Positions 1-9,310 of a stretch of DNA of 43,041 nt are shown here, piece after piece (position 1 is the stretch's first letter; each line of letters opens with the position of its first letter). The stretch lies in NCBI GenBank assembly GCA_026180655.1, contig GCA_026180655.1_4341.1, one strand, 5' to 3'. The notes beneath the pieces were generated by a model that saw only the letters and a list, made by a program, of their open reading frames with translations, searched no databases and was not told where the DNA came from. The position numbers and the translations under genes were made by a program. This stretch comes from a phage.

Positions 1-528
1 ACCCAGTAAGCGTTGTGCCGGCAGGGAGGGAGAGGCCACCACTTGGGACCTCATGGATACCCTGAATCGCCGCCGAGCCAACCGACGATAAGTTATCTAC
101 CAATTCGGTAACGTTATTGGACAGCCCGGTAGATCCGACAACGAATTCGCGTAAAGTAGGGTCAGTTTGGGGCTCCCAATCCGCATTACCTACAGGATTA
201 AACCCAGCGGAAACTGTAACAGGAAGTGCACCCGCGTATGAATACCACGTTTTGCTCACGGGGTCATACACCACTTTGTCCCGGTCGTTAATGGTCAATG
301 TACCACCAGTGGAGAAATCCCACGACACGGGGGAAAATCCAGCGTCGCGCAACACGGCGGGTAGCGTCTTCTGTGTCTGCCCGGTAACTTGGTTCGTCGC
401 GTAATCGATTTCAGCACCAGACGCAACGCCACCCTGCTTACCAGTGATAACCTCGGCCTCGAAAATCTGATGTTTCTTGGCGGTCTGTAAATCCGCCAGG
501 CTTAAAACGTCACCGCATCCGCTTGACA
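1..528 (-). CDS. Tail fibre/tailspike-like protein, N-terminal part (gene truncated by window start)
   Basis: ATG at 528-526 on minus strand, frame open to base 1 with no stop; translation MSSGCGDVLSLADLQTAKKHQIFEAEVITGK...; lies directly downstream of the J-like gene. Confidence 0.45.
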
Positions 529-541
529 TATAGAGTCCTCT

Positions 542-3109
542 TTAATTAAAACCATTGCTGAATCCGTCGGAGAAGCTGCTGCCGTATGGCGCGACGCCGT
601 CGTATTTATAGAATCCGTCGTCATAGTTGTAACCAGTAATCTTGACCGTGCGGTCGTCGCCGGGGTCGATTGAAGAAACAACTATCTTCTGAGCATTATG
701 CCTTGCTTCGTTGCCGAATGAAAACTCAGTTTTTAGTGCGCTATTCCCCGTGTAGATTGCCTCCTCCGGCGCGGAGAGCATAATCACCTCGCGGTCGTGG
801 CTTCCTTTGATAACAGAAATACTCTGCACGGAGCCATCGCGCTTCTTGAGGATGATGGAGTGGTCATCGCCGGGGGTAAACGTAACAGGTTGCGACAGTG
901 TCAGCGTAAGCCCATTAACGGCAACAACATAACCATCCTGAGGCGCGATACGTGAACCTTTAACCACGCTGATTACACCACCCGGTGTAGCGAGTGCACC
1001 CTCTTCGGTAGCTTCGAACTCTACGACAACTTTACTTAACGCGTTGCGCTGGTAGCGACGCCACGCCAGCCAATATGCCTGCTGATAGTTACGTACGCCC
1101 TTCGATTCATATTCCTCGGTGTTTGCTCCGAGTTCTTCCGGGATATAAATCGTTTCCTGTACGTTAGTATCCGGGTCGATGTATGAGAACGACAGGCTAT
1201 CATAGGTTGTCGAATCGTTGAACGTGCGCGTCCATTTCTCTGTACCAGTAGTTTTGCTGCGGTGGGTGAACACCATTTCGGGCCCCGCAACCGGACGATC
1301 AAATCGCAGCATAATATCCGCACCTTTACGGTACGCAGTACAGAAAACGGCTTCCGCGATGGTCTGAACGATGTCCTGCATCGTGGTGTCGTAGTCGTCG
1401 AACGTGTAGCAGAACTGCCCCGCTAATTCACTTCCAAAATAGGATTCAATTTCTTCCTGCACAGCGAGTAACTTGTCCATGTTTGCCGTTGTCAGTTCCA
1501 GATTACCTACCGCCGGGTCGCGAGCAAGTCTGATTAGTGATTGCACTGCCTGCGTATTTGGGGACATTACCGTATCGAATATGCCGTTACCTAAGTATTT
1601 GTAACACATCTCGGTTGCTATCATGCGTAGTTCCGGTTCTGACACCTCCGCGGCACGTGGCGTTTGTTTACGAGCGCAGTGTACGGTAGTGCGGTTGCCG
1701 TAGTGCGGTGTTGTGTCCAGTGACTGCCCGTACAGATTAGTGAAAGTAACCTCATCACTAACAGTACCTTCAAAATCTTTATCGGTGTCGGAAACACGAC
1801 GCATACGGGCGCGGAATCTGGAAGCAGTTGGTAAACTTCCGTAAAGAGTAATACCTGTGTAATCCGTGTTCCGGCCTGTTACGGTTCCTTGTACAGTAAA
1901 TATATCACCTACAGGCTGTTTCAGCTCATCAACCATCTGGTATTGCAGTTCCACTGTCACTGAAGCGCGGTTATAGTCGCCGTTGTATTTATACATGCCG
2001 TTGCTGGCGGCGACATTTGCTACAACACGGTCGACAGTACCGCGGGTGATGTACGCCCATTCAGAGAGAGAAGCCGCGTAAGTGTCCGCCGGGCCTATAA
2101 GATGGTTACCCTCTTCACCTATAAACCACACAGACGCCCCTAGCTGGTTCCATACTGATTGATTTGTACTGACGTCCACAATAAGGGTGGTTTCACTAAC
2201 CGAAAGAACAGTGTACCTCCCGTCTAAGTTAACCTCATTACCTAAAGACCCAGGAGTTGTGTCCGCATATACGTTATCGAAATATGCCAGGTCTCCGACA
2301 GCCAAAAACTCATCGAAACCAGCGTCATCGCCTATTACAACACCTGTTGTTCCCTGCCGCTGGACAGTGTAGTCCTGCACGTCTATAGCGATGTCATTAG
2401 GTGCGGGAAGAACAGCGCCATCGACATCGGCGTTTTTAAATGTAACGTACAATTTCTGGTCTATAGGGTCGCCGATATGCAATTGTGGGGTGCTGGTATT
2501 ATTTGGCGAAGTATAAGGGGAATACACCGTCACCGACGAGCCAGTTATCTCGCTGATTCGGGTATCCGCCTCCGTTACACCGTCTTCCTCAATATGCAGA
2601 TACCCTCGACCGGCGTCATAGTACGCATATTCAATAAGCGCACCCGCGGCATTAAACACCTTATATGTCTGCATCAGGTCATTGGGGATGGTCTGCACTG
2701 TCCCGCAGATATCATAGGAACGCTCATAAGGTCGTGGCTTGTTTGAGCGGTCGGTGAGACTGTTGTTAGGCGACGTAGCCTGATTGTTGGTAGCGGAATA
2801 ATTAGCGTTAGCCGCTGTGTTTAGCCCGAACAATTTGGCGATTGGCTTAAGGATGAAACTGAATACACTCCCGATGGCGTCGCCAATGCCGCCGCCAGCG
2901 CCCTCAATAATGTGGTACACGGCGTCCTCGTCTTTGAGCGCGTCGAAGTCGTCTGTAACATCAGTATCATCACCAATCTCGCCAAGATAGACGCGTACCG
3001 GAACGCCGTCCGGGATACGGTTAACGACAAACTCCATCGGCATCCCGACGTGTTTTGTACGGTCGAAAGCGCCATCAGCGTTTCGCGTGTAGTGCAGGAT
3101 TATCGCCAA
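542..3109 (-). CDS. Tail tip / central fibre protein (lambda I/J-like host specificity protein)
   Basis: 855-aa ORF, last large gene of the tail module after the K-like gene; Gly-rich hydrophobic N-terminal segment (GAGGGIGDAIGSVFSFIL); GGAGA RBS before a TTG start. Confidence 0.5.
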   Translation of the reverse strand: MAIILHYTRNADGAFDRTKHVGMPMEFVVNRIPDGVPVRVYLGEIGDDTDVTDDFDALKDEDAVYHIIEGAGGGIGDAIGSVFSFILKPIAKLFGLNTAANANYSATNNQATSPNNSLTDRSNKPRPYERSYDICGTVQTIPNDLMQTYKVFNAAGALIEYAYYDAGRGYLHIEEDGVTEADTRISEITGSSVTVYSPYTSPNNTSTPQLHIGDPIDQKLYVTFKNADVDGAVLPAPNDIAIDVQDYTVQRQGTTGVVIGDDAGFDEFLAVGDLAYFDNVYADTTPGSLGNEVNLDGRYTVLSVSETTLIVDVSTNQSVWNQLGASVWFIGEEGNHLIGPADTYAASLSEWAYITRGTVDRVVANVAASNGMYKYNGDYNRASVTVELQYQMVDELKQPVGDIFTVQGTVTGRNTDYTGITLYGSLPTASRFRARMRRVSDTDKDFEGTVSDEVTFTNLYGQSLDTTPHYGNRTTVHCARKQTPRAAEVSEPELRMIATEMCYKYLGNGIFDTVMSPNTQAVQSLIRLARDPAVGNLELTTANMDKLLAVQEEIESYFGSELAGQFCYTFDDYDTTMQDIVQTIAEAVFCTAYRKGADIMLRFDRPVAGPEMVFTHRSKTTGTEKWTRTFNDSTTYDSLSFSYIDPDTNVQETIYIPEELGANTEEYESKGVRNYQQAYWLAWRRYQRNALSKVVVEFEATEEGALATPGGVISVVKGSRIAPQDGYVVAVNGLTLTLSQPVTFTPGDDHSIILKKRDGSVQSISVIKGSHDREVIMLSAPEEAIYTGNSALKTEFSFGNEARHNAQKIVVSSIDPGDDRTVKITGYNYDDGFYKYDGVAPYGSSFSDGFSNGFN

Positions 3110-3465
3110 AATTCAATCTCCGTGTACGTGTCTCTGAGGTCCGCCAGCCTGTCAAGCCGTACCTGACGAGAAGCAAGCTCGCAATGGCTAACCATCCCGT
3201 CGAAGTAAACTCCTGCGTGCCACACGATACGACCACCACGGCGATACCCCATAAGCACCGCACAGAAGTTTTCAGGCTTATCTATTTTCGTAAGCCCCTT
3301 CGTGTTGCGATGTCCTTCGTCGAACGCTTCATTAATTGCCGTTGGGCTTGTGACGTCGAACGCCGGGGTTTCTAACCCGGCATCCGCCCGCACAATTCGC
3401 ACATGATGCCAGCAATTGCGCTTGCGAAAGTCGTAAGGTATGCCCGTGTAGTCGTTAATATTCAT
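3100..3465 (-). CDS. Tail assembly protein, NlpC/P60-type peptidase (lambda K-like)
   Basis: 121 aa with Cys (NCWHH) and His (VWHAG) dyad typical of NlpC/P60; ATGA overlap with upstream gene; position between L-like and J-like genes. Confidence 0.5.
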   Translation of the reverse strand: MNINDYTGIPYDFRKRNCWHHVRIVRADAGLETPAFDVTSPTAINEAFDEGHRNTKGLTKIDKPENFCAVLMGYRRGGRIVWHAGVYFDGMVSHCELASRQVRLDRLADLRDTYTEIEFWR

Positions 3466-3992
3466 GTTGTCAACAGGCCGCGTAATAACGGTATCTCTTT
3501 AGGTGTCATCAGTATACCAGTGCTTCGTTGGTTCAGCATAGGTGTACCGACATCCGCAGAGAACTCGCCTTTCTCCTGGTTGATTGCCTGCAACTCGTAC
3601 ACGACCGGACCGTCGGCCGGATAAGACAGGTCGGTGCTGACGTAACGGCGGAAGACGAATTTCGGCAACTCGGTGTTACTCATCGGGATTTTATCCATCT
3701 CATCATCCAGTTGATTGAGAATATCCGGTAGGGTAAACGTTGTCGTCTGGTCCATATCACTGTTGTTAGCCGCCCCCGACGCCTCCATCGGGGTGGGTTC
3801 GAACGTGATTGTTTCGCCCGTCTCCAGTGTTGCCGTAAGTTCCTGTAGCCCGCGCACAAGATAATACGTCTTTGACAGCAACGGGTGGCTGATTTGCAAC
3901 GTGATGTAGTCCATCTCACCATCTTGGTTCGACGCCAGCTTCCGGCGGTAGGCTGCTTCTACTGATTCCTGGCTCATTGCATCGGGTCCCAA
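3462..3992 (-). CDS. Minor tail protein (lambda L-like), putative
   Basis: 176-aa ORF in canonical position after the M-like gene; overlapping stop/start coupling. Confidence 0.4.
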   Translation of the reverse strand: MGPDAMSQESVEAAYRRKLASNQDGEMDYITLQISHPLLSKTYYLVRGLQELTATLETGETITFEPTPMEASGAANNSDMDQTTTFTLPDILNQLDDEMDKIPMSNTELPKFVFRRYVSTDLSYPADGPVVYELQAINQEKGEFSADVGTPMLNQRSTGILMTPKEIPLLRGLLTT

Positions 3993-4474
3993 ATTCGTGG
4001 AAACGTTGATTGCGCGGTTCCGTAGGCTTTAAGGAAGCAATTAAGCCAGTCACCATAGCAACCAAACAAATCCGGCAGATTGTTAATCAGGCACCGGTTC
4101 TCAAGGTCCTGGAACGGTGACTTCTCGGCGGTTGCCGTGAAAGTAATCGTCCAGTTAATGCCGTCTTCTGTGGACTCCGCGATGGTGGACGTGATGGTTA
4201 CCTGATAATCCTCGATACCCATGCCGAAGTCGTGCGCCATCCAGAAACTTGACGCACCGCCGTCTACTTTTTCGAGGAACGACAGAAACGCCTGCCGCCC
4301 AAGCGCGGAGGTAATCAGGGTTACGCTTATCGGGAACACGTCGTAATACGTGTCGCGCCCCTGACGTACACCGCCGCCAGCTAAATCTACACTCCAGACG
4401 TTGTTGCGTCTGGTCATTGAGTAGCCTTTTGACACAATAGGCTTAAGGCTACGTGGGAAATATAAGTCGCTCAT
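3974..4474 (-). CDS. Minor/distal tail protein (lambda M-like), putative
   Basis: 166-aa ORF immediately downstream of the tape measure gene. Confidence 0.35.
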   Translation of the reverse strand: MSDLYFPRSLKPIVSKGYSMTRRNNVWSVDLAGGGVRQGRDTYYDVFPISVTLITSALGRQAFLSFLEKVDGGASSFWMAHDFGMGIEDYQVTITSTIAESTEDGINWTITFTATAEKSPFQDLENRCLINNLPDLFGCYGDWLNCFLKAYGTAQSTFPRIWDPMQ

Positions 4475-6762
4475 TACTTGAACCCCGGCGCGTTTCTTGT
4501 GGCCTTGCGGGCCTTGCTAATCTTACTGTTGCTGTTCTGCAAAGATGCGGCCACTTGCTCTTCTATGATGATGCGCAAACGGCCTTCATCATCCTGCTCA
4601 GTGGATACGTTGCCAATCTGACTCGATGTGTTATTTACGATGGTAACATTAGATGGGCCGGAAGAAGACCCATTTTGCCCCATAATCTCTTTCATTTGTT
4701 GCGCGGTGCGTACTCGCGACGCCCCTGCGGGCATGATTACCTCAGGTTTACCGCGTTCGGCAATGGTCGATGCCTGCCCTGCGGATAACTGACCGCCCTG
4801 TTCGCGCGCTGATCGGATAGCTGAAACCTGTGCCATACCCGCACCAACGGCAGCGGCAGCGGCTACAGGCGCAAGGAATGGCCCAACAACCGGGATAGCA
4901 GCCGTTGACTTGTATGCCTCGATAGCTGCGGTATACGTAGCGATAGTGGCCTGTACAATAGCGAACGCCTTATAAGCCCCGGATGCCTCCCCTAACGCGG
5001 AGCCAATGTTTGAGGCCATGTTGCCAAAAGCTGTTGCCGTCGCGTCGGCTCGCTTGGTTGCGTATTGCTCGTTGATAGCATTAAGTGCGGCCTGATACTG
5101 CTTCTCGCTAATCAAACCCTGCTCGCGGTACTTATCCGCTACCGCCAGTTTCTGCTGTTCCTGAATATCCAGAAGCTCAAGCTCGGTGGCGTTCTGGCCC
5201 ATAATCTGAGCCATGAAATCATCGCCTTTCTGTTGCTTCTCCTGGGCTTCTTTCTGGCGTTTATCAAGTTCATCTTGTCGTTTTTGCCCTGCCTCAAGAA
5301 CAATGGCAGTTTTAGCCTGCTCGTACTCTTTTAACGACAGCGCACCCTGACTGTAGAACTCTTTCGCTTTAGCCAGTTTCTGCTGTTCCTGCGCGTCAAT
5401 AGCCTTTAACTCGTCGTTGTTCTGACGGGCCAAAGTGTCGAGGTAATCCTGCGCCTGATTCCGCAATTGCTCTGCTTTCTTAGCGGCTGCTTTTGCGGCT
5501 TTATCGTCGGTTTTTCCTGTCCCACCAGTCCCGCCCTTTTTATTAACAAGGCTGGCTAAGTCGATTTCTTGTTTCTTGCGCTCGTCATACTGTTTGCGCT
5601 GTTCCTCAATTTCTTTTTTACGCTGTTTCGACCTGTCAGTAATAGCTTGGGATTCCGCCTCAGCGCGTTTTATGCTGGCGGCATACGCGGCGTCGGCCTC
5701 CGCGGTCAGGTTTTTAAATGTGAGCGCCGCCGTTTTGCTAGGGTCGAACACATCGGCAATAGTCTGGCCTAACGCCACAGCATAGTCGTCGATGCGCTGG
5801 AACCATGCGATAACCTCGTGGAAAGTCTGCTGAATATCAGGCAGCCACTCGCGGATGGCGTCGGGGATTGTGCCAAGCGAATCTGACATGTCCGCAGATT
5901 TGTCTTCTGTGTCGTACGCCAAATCGTTCAAAGCATCAGAAATAAACTTGAACGACTCATTGAACAGCGTCACCCAATCCTGGAGCGTAGCAGCTATCTC
6001 ATTAGACGCGATGGCGTCGGTGAGCGCCGTGATAGCATCTTCTGCTGTCGCCGCTTGCTCGCCTACCGCGTCACCGAAACCAGACTGCGCTACTGCAAGA
6101 ACAAGACCATCGAAGGAGTCAGCAAGGCTCGACAACTGCCCATCTAAGGTCTTCGAACGCGTTTCCATCGCCCCTGCAAAATCAGTGTTACCTATGTTCA
6201 GGAGGTATTTCTGAATTTCTTCGGAGTTCTTCTTAACCGTGGTCGTTACGCCACGGAACGTGAACGAAACAGTATCAGCCTGCTGTGACGACTTGATGCC
6301 AAACTCTTTCAGTCGCTCGAATTCAAATGTACTGGCGTCGGCAACTGCCTCAATCATCTGATTAAGGTCTTTACCCATCGCCGCAGCGGTGTTGCCGTAG
6401 GAAATCAAAGCCTCTTTGCTGGGGTTAAGCCCGAGCGCCACGAGCTTGGTAAATCCCTCTACCGCCTGGTTAAGGCCATACGGGGTTTCTTTCGCGAACT
6501 GTTGCAGGACGCTGAAAGCCTTAGCCGCGTTCTCGGCGCTCCCGGTCATCGTGATGAGGCCGGAGTTCAGCTTATCGAAGTTGCGCTGGGAGTCCACCAG
6601 CGCACTGAACACCTGCTTAGCGGTTTCCAGACTGACGACGGCAGCAGCAGCGGCCCCAGCCGCCTTAGTAAGCCCGTTCAGTTGTGATGTGGTTTTATCG
6701 ACGCCGGTCGATGATACTCGTACTATCAAGCTAGCGGTATCAGCCATGATTTCTACCTTCAA
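4474..6762 (-). CDS. Tail tape measure protein
   Basis: 762 aa, long Ala/Gln/Glu/Lys-rich coiled-coil stretches, Gly-rich segment (GGTGGTGKTDDKAAKAAAKK), position after the chaperone pair. Confidence 0.8.
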   Translation of the reverse strand: MKVEIMADTASLIVRVSSTGVDKTTSQLNGLTKAAGAAAAAVVSLETAKQVFSALVDSQRNFDKLNSGLITMTGSAENAAKAFSVLQQFAKETPYGLNQAVEGFTKLVALGLNPSKEALISYGNTAAAMGKDLNQMIEAVADASTFEFERLKEFGIKSSQQADTVSFTFRGVTTTVKKNSEEIQKYLLNIGNTDFAGAMETRSKTLDGQLSSLADSFDGLVLAVAQSGFGDAVGEQAATAEDAITALTDAIASNEIAATLQDWVTLFNESFKFISDALNDLAYDTEDKSADMSDSLGTIPDAIREWLPDIQQTFHEVIAWFQRIDDYAVALGQTIADVFDPSKTAALTFKNLTAEADAAYAASIKRAEAESQAITDRSKQRKKEIEEQRKQYDERKKQEIDLASLVNKKGGTGGTGKTDDKAAKAAAKKAEQLRNQAQDYLDTLARQNNDELKAIDAQEQQKLAKAKEFYSQGALSLKEYEQAKTAIVLEAGQKRQDELDKRQKEAQEKQQKGDDFMAQIMGQNATELELLDIQEQQKLAVADKYREQGLISEKQYQAALNAINEQYATKRADATATAFGNMASNIGSALGEASGAYKAFAIVQATIATYTAAIEAYKSTAAIPVVGPFLAPVAAAAAVGAGMAQVSAIRSAREQGGQLSAGQASTIAERGKPEVIMPAGASRVRTAQQMKEIMGQNGSSSGPSNVTIVNNTSSQIGNVSTEQDDEGRLRIIIEEQVAASLQNSNSKISKARKATRNAPGFK

Positions 6763-7072
6763 AGATTGCTTCTAAGCCCATGATAATGTCTATCTCGAAC
6801 AGGCTAAGCTGCTTTTGCGTAACATCGAGATAGGCTTTCAGGTCTTGCCACGTAACGGATTCTCTTGCAAACAATACTACAGCGTCCTCGCGCACGTGTC
6901 GCGTAAACTTAATGTCACAATACGTCTCAAAGGTGGATATAAAAAGGGGCGGGCATTCTGGCCCACCCCGTCGCGCTGCACGTTTTTTCTTATCGATTAC
7001 ACCCATTGCGATAAGCGCCTGTTCGTGACCGTCGGCTATAGAATCAAATTCTCTGATTTTATGCTTATCCAC
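6740..7072 (-). CDS. Tail assembly chaperone, frameshift-extension ORF (lambda T-like)
   Basis: ORF in the -1 frame relative to 7105..7524; its frame is open upstream to 7123, overlapping the last codons of the G-like ORF around the A-rich stretch caggaaaag. Confidence 0.4.
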   Translation of the reverse strand: MDKHKIREFDSIADGHEQALIAMGVIDKKKRAARRGGPECPPLFISTFETYCDIKFTRHVREDAVVLFARESVTWQDLKAYLDVTQKQLSLFEIDIIMGLEAIFEGRNHG

Positions 7073-7104
7073 GAACTCGTAGGTGGCGAACCTGTACAGC
7101 GCGT

Positions 7105-7524
7105 CTACTTTTCCTGTAATGCTTTACGCTCGGCATTATGGAACGCAGCTACCTGAGTACCTAGCCCCTTGAACTGGTCTAATAGCTTATTAAACGCTTC
7201 CTTAGAGAAAGGCTCGTCGTCGAAGCTCCAGCCGTTTACGACTTCTGCCGCGAGTTGCCGGTTGAGGTCTTCCGCCAGTTCATTAATCGCCAGGTTATAT
7301 TCAGTATAGTCGCCGGATTCTTTGGCGGCTTTTTCCAGTTCTTCAAAACGTGCGAGCCCGCGACGATACGCAATAATGAAAGCGCGGCCTGCTTTAACGG
7401 CGGCATCAGCATCAGGGCTTACCACATTAAGCCATTCCCCTGAGTCTTCACCGTTCGGCAGGAGAATCGGCATCTTCTTGCCTACCAGCGCTTTGTCTTC
7501 GAAATAAAAATCAGAAAGTTTCAT
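7105..7524 (-). CDS. Tail assembly chaperone (lambda G-like)
   Basis: 139-aa acidic ORF directly upstream of the tape measure gene, followed by an overlapping -1 frame ORF. Confidence 0.45.
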   Translation of the reverse strand: MKLSDFYFEDKALVGKKMPILLPNGEDSGEWLNVVSPDADAAVKAGRAFIIAYRRGLARFEELEKAAKESGDYTEYNLAINELAEDLNRQLAAEVVNGWSFDDEPFSKEAFNKLLDQFKGLGTQVAAFHNAERKALQEK

Positions 7525-7630
7525 TCTTTAATCCTTTGGTTAAGAGGTTACTGGTTAAAGGAGATGCGCCAGACGGGAACCACCCGCTTTTCGTGTGCGA
7601 CACTAGGCGCAAAATTATTCTAACACACTA

Positions 7631-7665
7631 CTTGCACACCCCAATATAATAGCGTACTATTCACT
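7631..7665 (+). promoter_or_regulatory. Conserved promoter-like element, class A copy 1 (CTTGCACACCCC-AATATAATAG-CGTA-CTATTCA)
   Basis: TATAAT at 7645-7650 overlapping palindrome AATAG-N4-CTATT (7648-7661); near-identical copies at 16310, 27219 (rc) and 28441 (rc); gene start 27 nt downstream. Confidence 0.45.
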
Positions 7666-7691
7666 TACACCAACAATGAAGGGGTTTTAAA

Positions 7692-7883
7692 ATGTCCAGT
7701 TTACCAATTTCCTTAATCCTGTTTGCACTGCTCGTGTACTTTGCGCCTTTTTTAGTTGCCTACTTCCGCAACCATAAAGCAAAGCTGGCGATATTCATGG
7801 CTAACTTATTTCTCGGATGGGTTCTGTTGCCGTGGGTATTCATTTTAATCTGGGCTTGCAACTCGAACGTGAAAGAGAAGTAA
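7692..7883 (+). CDS. Small two-TM membrane protein, superinfection-immunity (Imm)-like
   Basis: 63 aa, two hydrophobic helices, motif FRNHKAKLAIFMANLFLGWVLLPWVFILIWA recalled as typical of Imm-type superinfection immunity proteins; GAAGGGG RBS; opposite strand to flanking tail genes. Confidence 0.45.
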   Translation: MSSLPISLILFALLVYFAPFLVAYFRNHKAKLAIFMANLFLGWVLLPWVFILIWACNSNVKEK

Positions 7884-7921
7884 GCTACTATAAGACAAAT
7901 CCTAAACACGAGGAAGTAAGC

Positions 7922-9052
7922 ATGGCCCGGAAGAAAATAACCGACGAGCAGTTACAGGAAGAATTGAACGCCGGAACAAAGATTATCGACATATCCCGTA
8001 AATACGGCATCTCAGACCGCGTAATTCGTATCCGTAAAGCGAAGCTAGCTAAAAAAGGTGTAGGCCACGGGCGCGACGTTAGCCACCTTGTCCCGGACGG
8101 CTACAAGATTAAAGGAACGTCGTCACTGGTGGACGAGTTCGGCAACACTAAACTGCAATGGGTTAAGACCGACACCGACGCCGAACGCCAGGTAGAGTTG
8201 ATGAAAGCCGTAATCGAGGGCATGAAGTCAGAGATTACGCCAGTTGCGCCTGTTAAAGCCACCCGCACCAAACGTGACGATAAACTACTCAATCTTTACA
8301 CGGTATCTGATTTACATCTCGGTATGCTGGCCTGGGCCGACGAGAGCGGCGACGACTGGGATATGAAGATTGCGGAAGACCTGTTTTCTCGATGGTTCGA
8401 CGCAGCGTTTCAGAAAGCACCGGATGCAGGAACAGGAGTCATTAACCTGCTAGGCGACTTCGCACACTTCGATAGTCTTGATGCCGTTACCCCTGAGTCG
8501 CGTCATGTGTTGGACGCAGACACGCGCTATCAGAAACTTGTACGCTACATGATTCGTATGGTCCGCCGTGTTGTAGATATGGCGCTGGTTAAACATAAAA
8601 CCGTTCGCTTGCTTATTGTGCAAGGGAACCACGACGAAAGCGGAATGATTTGGTTGGCTGAGATGTTCAGTACGCTGTATGATAACGAGCCGCGTGTGTT
8701 CGTCGATACGTCGCCGGACGTTTACAAGATGGTACGGCACGGCAAAACGACGCTGTTCTTCCATCACGGGCATAAAGCACGATTCGACGCTATCGAACCG
8801 GTTATGATTGCCAAGTTCCGCAAAGCGTTTGGTGAGAGCGTTTACAGCTACGCCCACGTAGGCCACCTGCACCATCAGAAGATTGTAGAAAGCCGTAATA
8901 TGATTGTTGAGCAACACCGCACCTTAGCGGCGAAAGACGCCTACGCCTCTCGCGGTGGATGGATGTCGGGCCGGAGTGCAAATGTAATTACTTATAGCGC
9001 CGAATATGGTGAGGTCGCACGTTTAACTATTTCACCGGAGATGCTGGGATGA
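7922..9052 (+). CDS. Calcineurin-like metallophosphoesterase with N-terminal HTH domain
   Basis: Motifs D-x-H (VSDLHLG), GD-x-x-D (LGDFAHFD), GNH[DE] (QGNHDE), HHGH and GHLHH; N-terminal 60 aa HTH-like (IIDISRKYGISDRVIRIRKAKL); GAGGAAG RBS before ATG 7922. Confidence 0.65.
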   Translation: MARKKITDEQLQEELNAGTKIIDISRKYGISDRVIRIRKAKLAKKGVGHGRDVSHLVPDGYKIKGTSSLVDEFGNTKLQWVKTDTDAERQVELMKAVIEGMKSEITPVAPVKATRTKRDDKLLNLYTVSDLHLGMLAWADESGDDWDMKIAEDLFSRWFDAAFQKAPDAGTGVINLLGDFAHFDSLDAVTPESRHVLDADTRYQKLVRYMIRMVRRVVDMALVKHKTVRLLIVQGNHDESGMIWLAEMFSTLYDNEPRVFVDTSPDVYKMVRHGKTTLFFHHGHKARFDAIEPVMIAKFRKAFGESVYSYAHVGHLHHQKIVESRNMIVEQHRTLAAKDAYASRGGWMSGRSANVITYSAEYGEVARLTISPEMLG

Positions 9053-9279
9053 CTTCAAAATACAACCGCACAATGACAAATACTCACGGCAGCACAATGG
9101 CAGTAGATGTTTATGATGTGCTCCGCGCCTTTGATATACGCGACCCAGCACTACAGCACGCATTGAAGAAGCTATTGTGCATGGGGTTGCGCGGGCACAA
9201 AGATACAGGAACCGACTTAGCGGAAGCAATTGAAAGTCTGGAGAAGTTACGGGAGTATCGAAGCAATATTGACGAGTAA
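9049..9279 (+). CDS. Hypothetical protein (76 aa), translationally coupled to the phosphoesterase gene
   Basis: ATGA start/stop overlap with 7922..9052; followed by a terminator. Confidence 0.35.
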   Translation: MTSKYNRTMTNTHGSTMAVDVYDVLRAFDIRDPALQHALKKLLCMGLRGHKDTGTDLAEAIESLEKLREYRSNIDE

Positions 9280-9280
9280 G

Positions 9281-9310
9281 AAAAAAGGCCCCGAAAGGGG
9301 CCTTAGTTTT
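9281..9310. terminator. Bidirectional rho-independent terminator
   Basis: AAGGCCCC-GAAA-GGGGCCTT hairpin flanked by A-run on one side and T-run on the other; sits between convergent genes. Confidence 0.6.

Noticed and set aside
117-404. 95-aa plus-strand ORF at window start
   Set aside because: Lies antisense inside the minus-strand tailspike N-terminal coding region; no RBS and no recognisable domain
4453-6775. Several 60-120-aa plus-strand ORFs inside the tape measure gene (e.g. 5855..6214, 6416..6775)
   Set aside because: Antisense to a long, well-supported coiled-coil gene; open frames are expected by chance in such repetitive GC-balanced sequence
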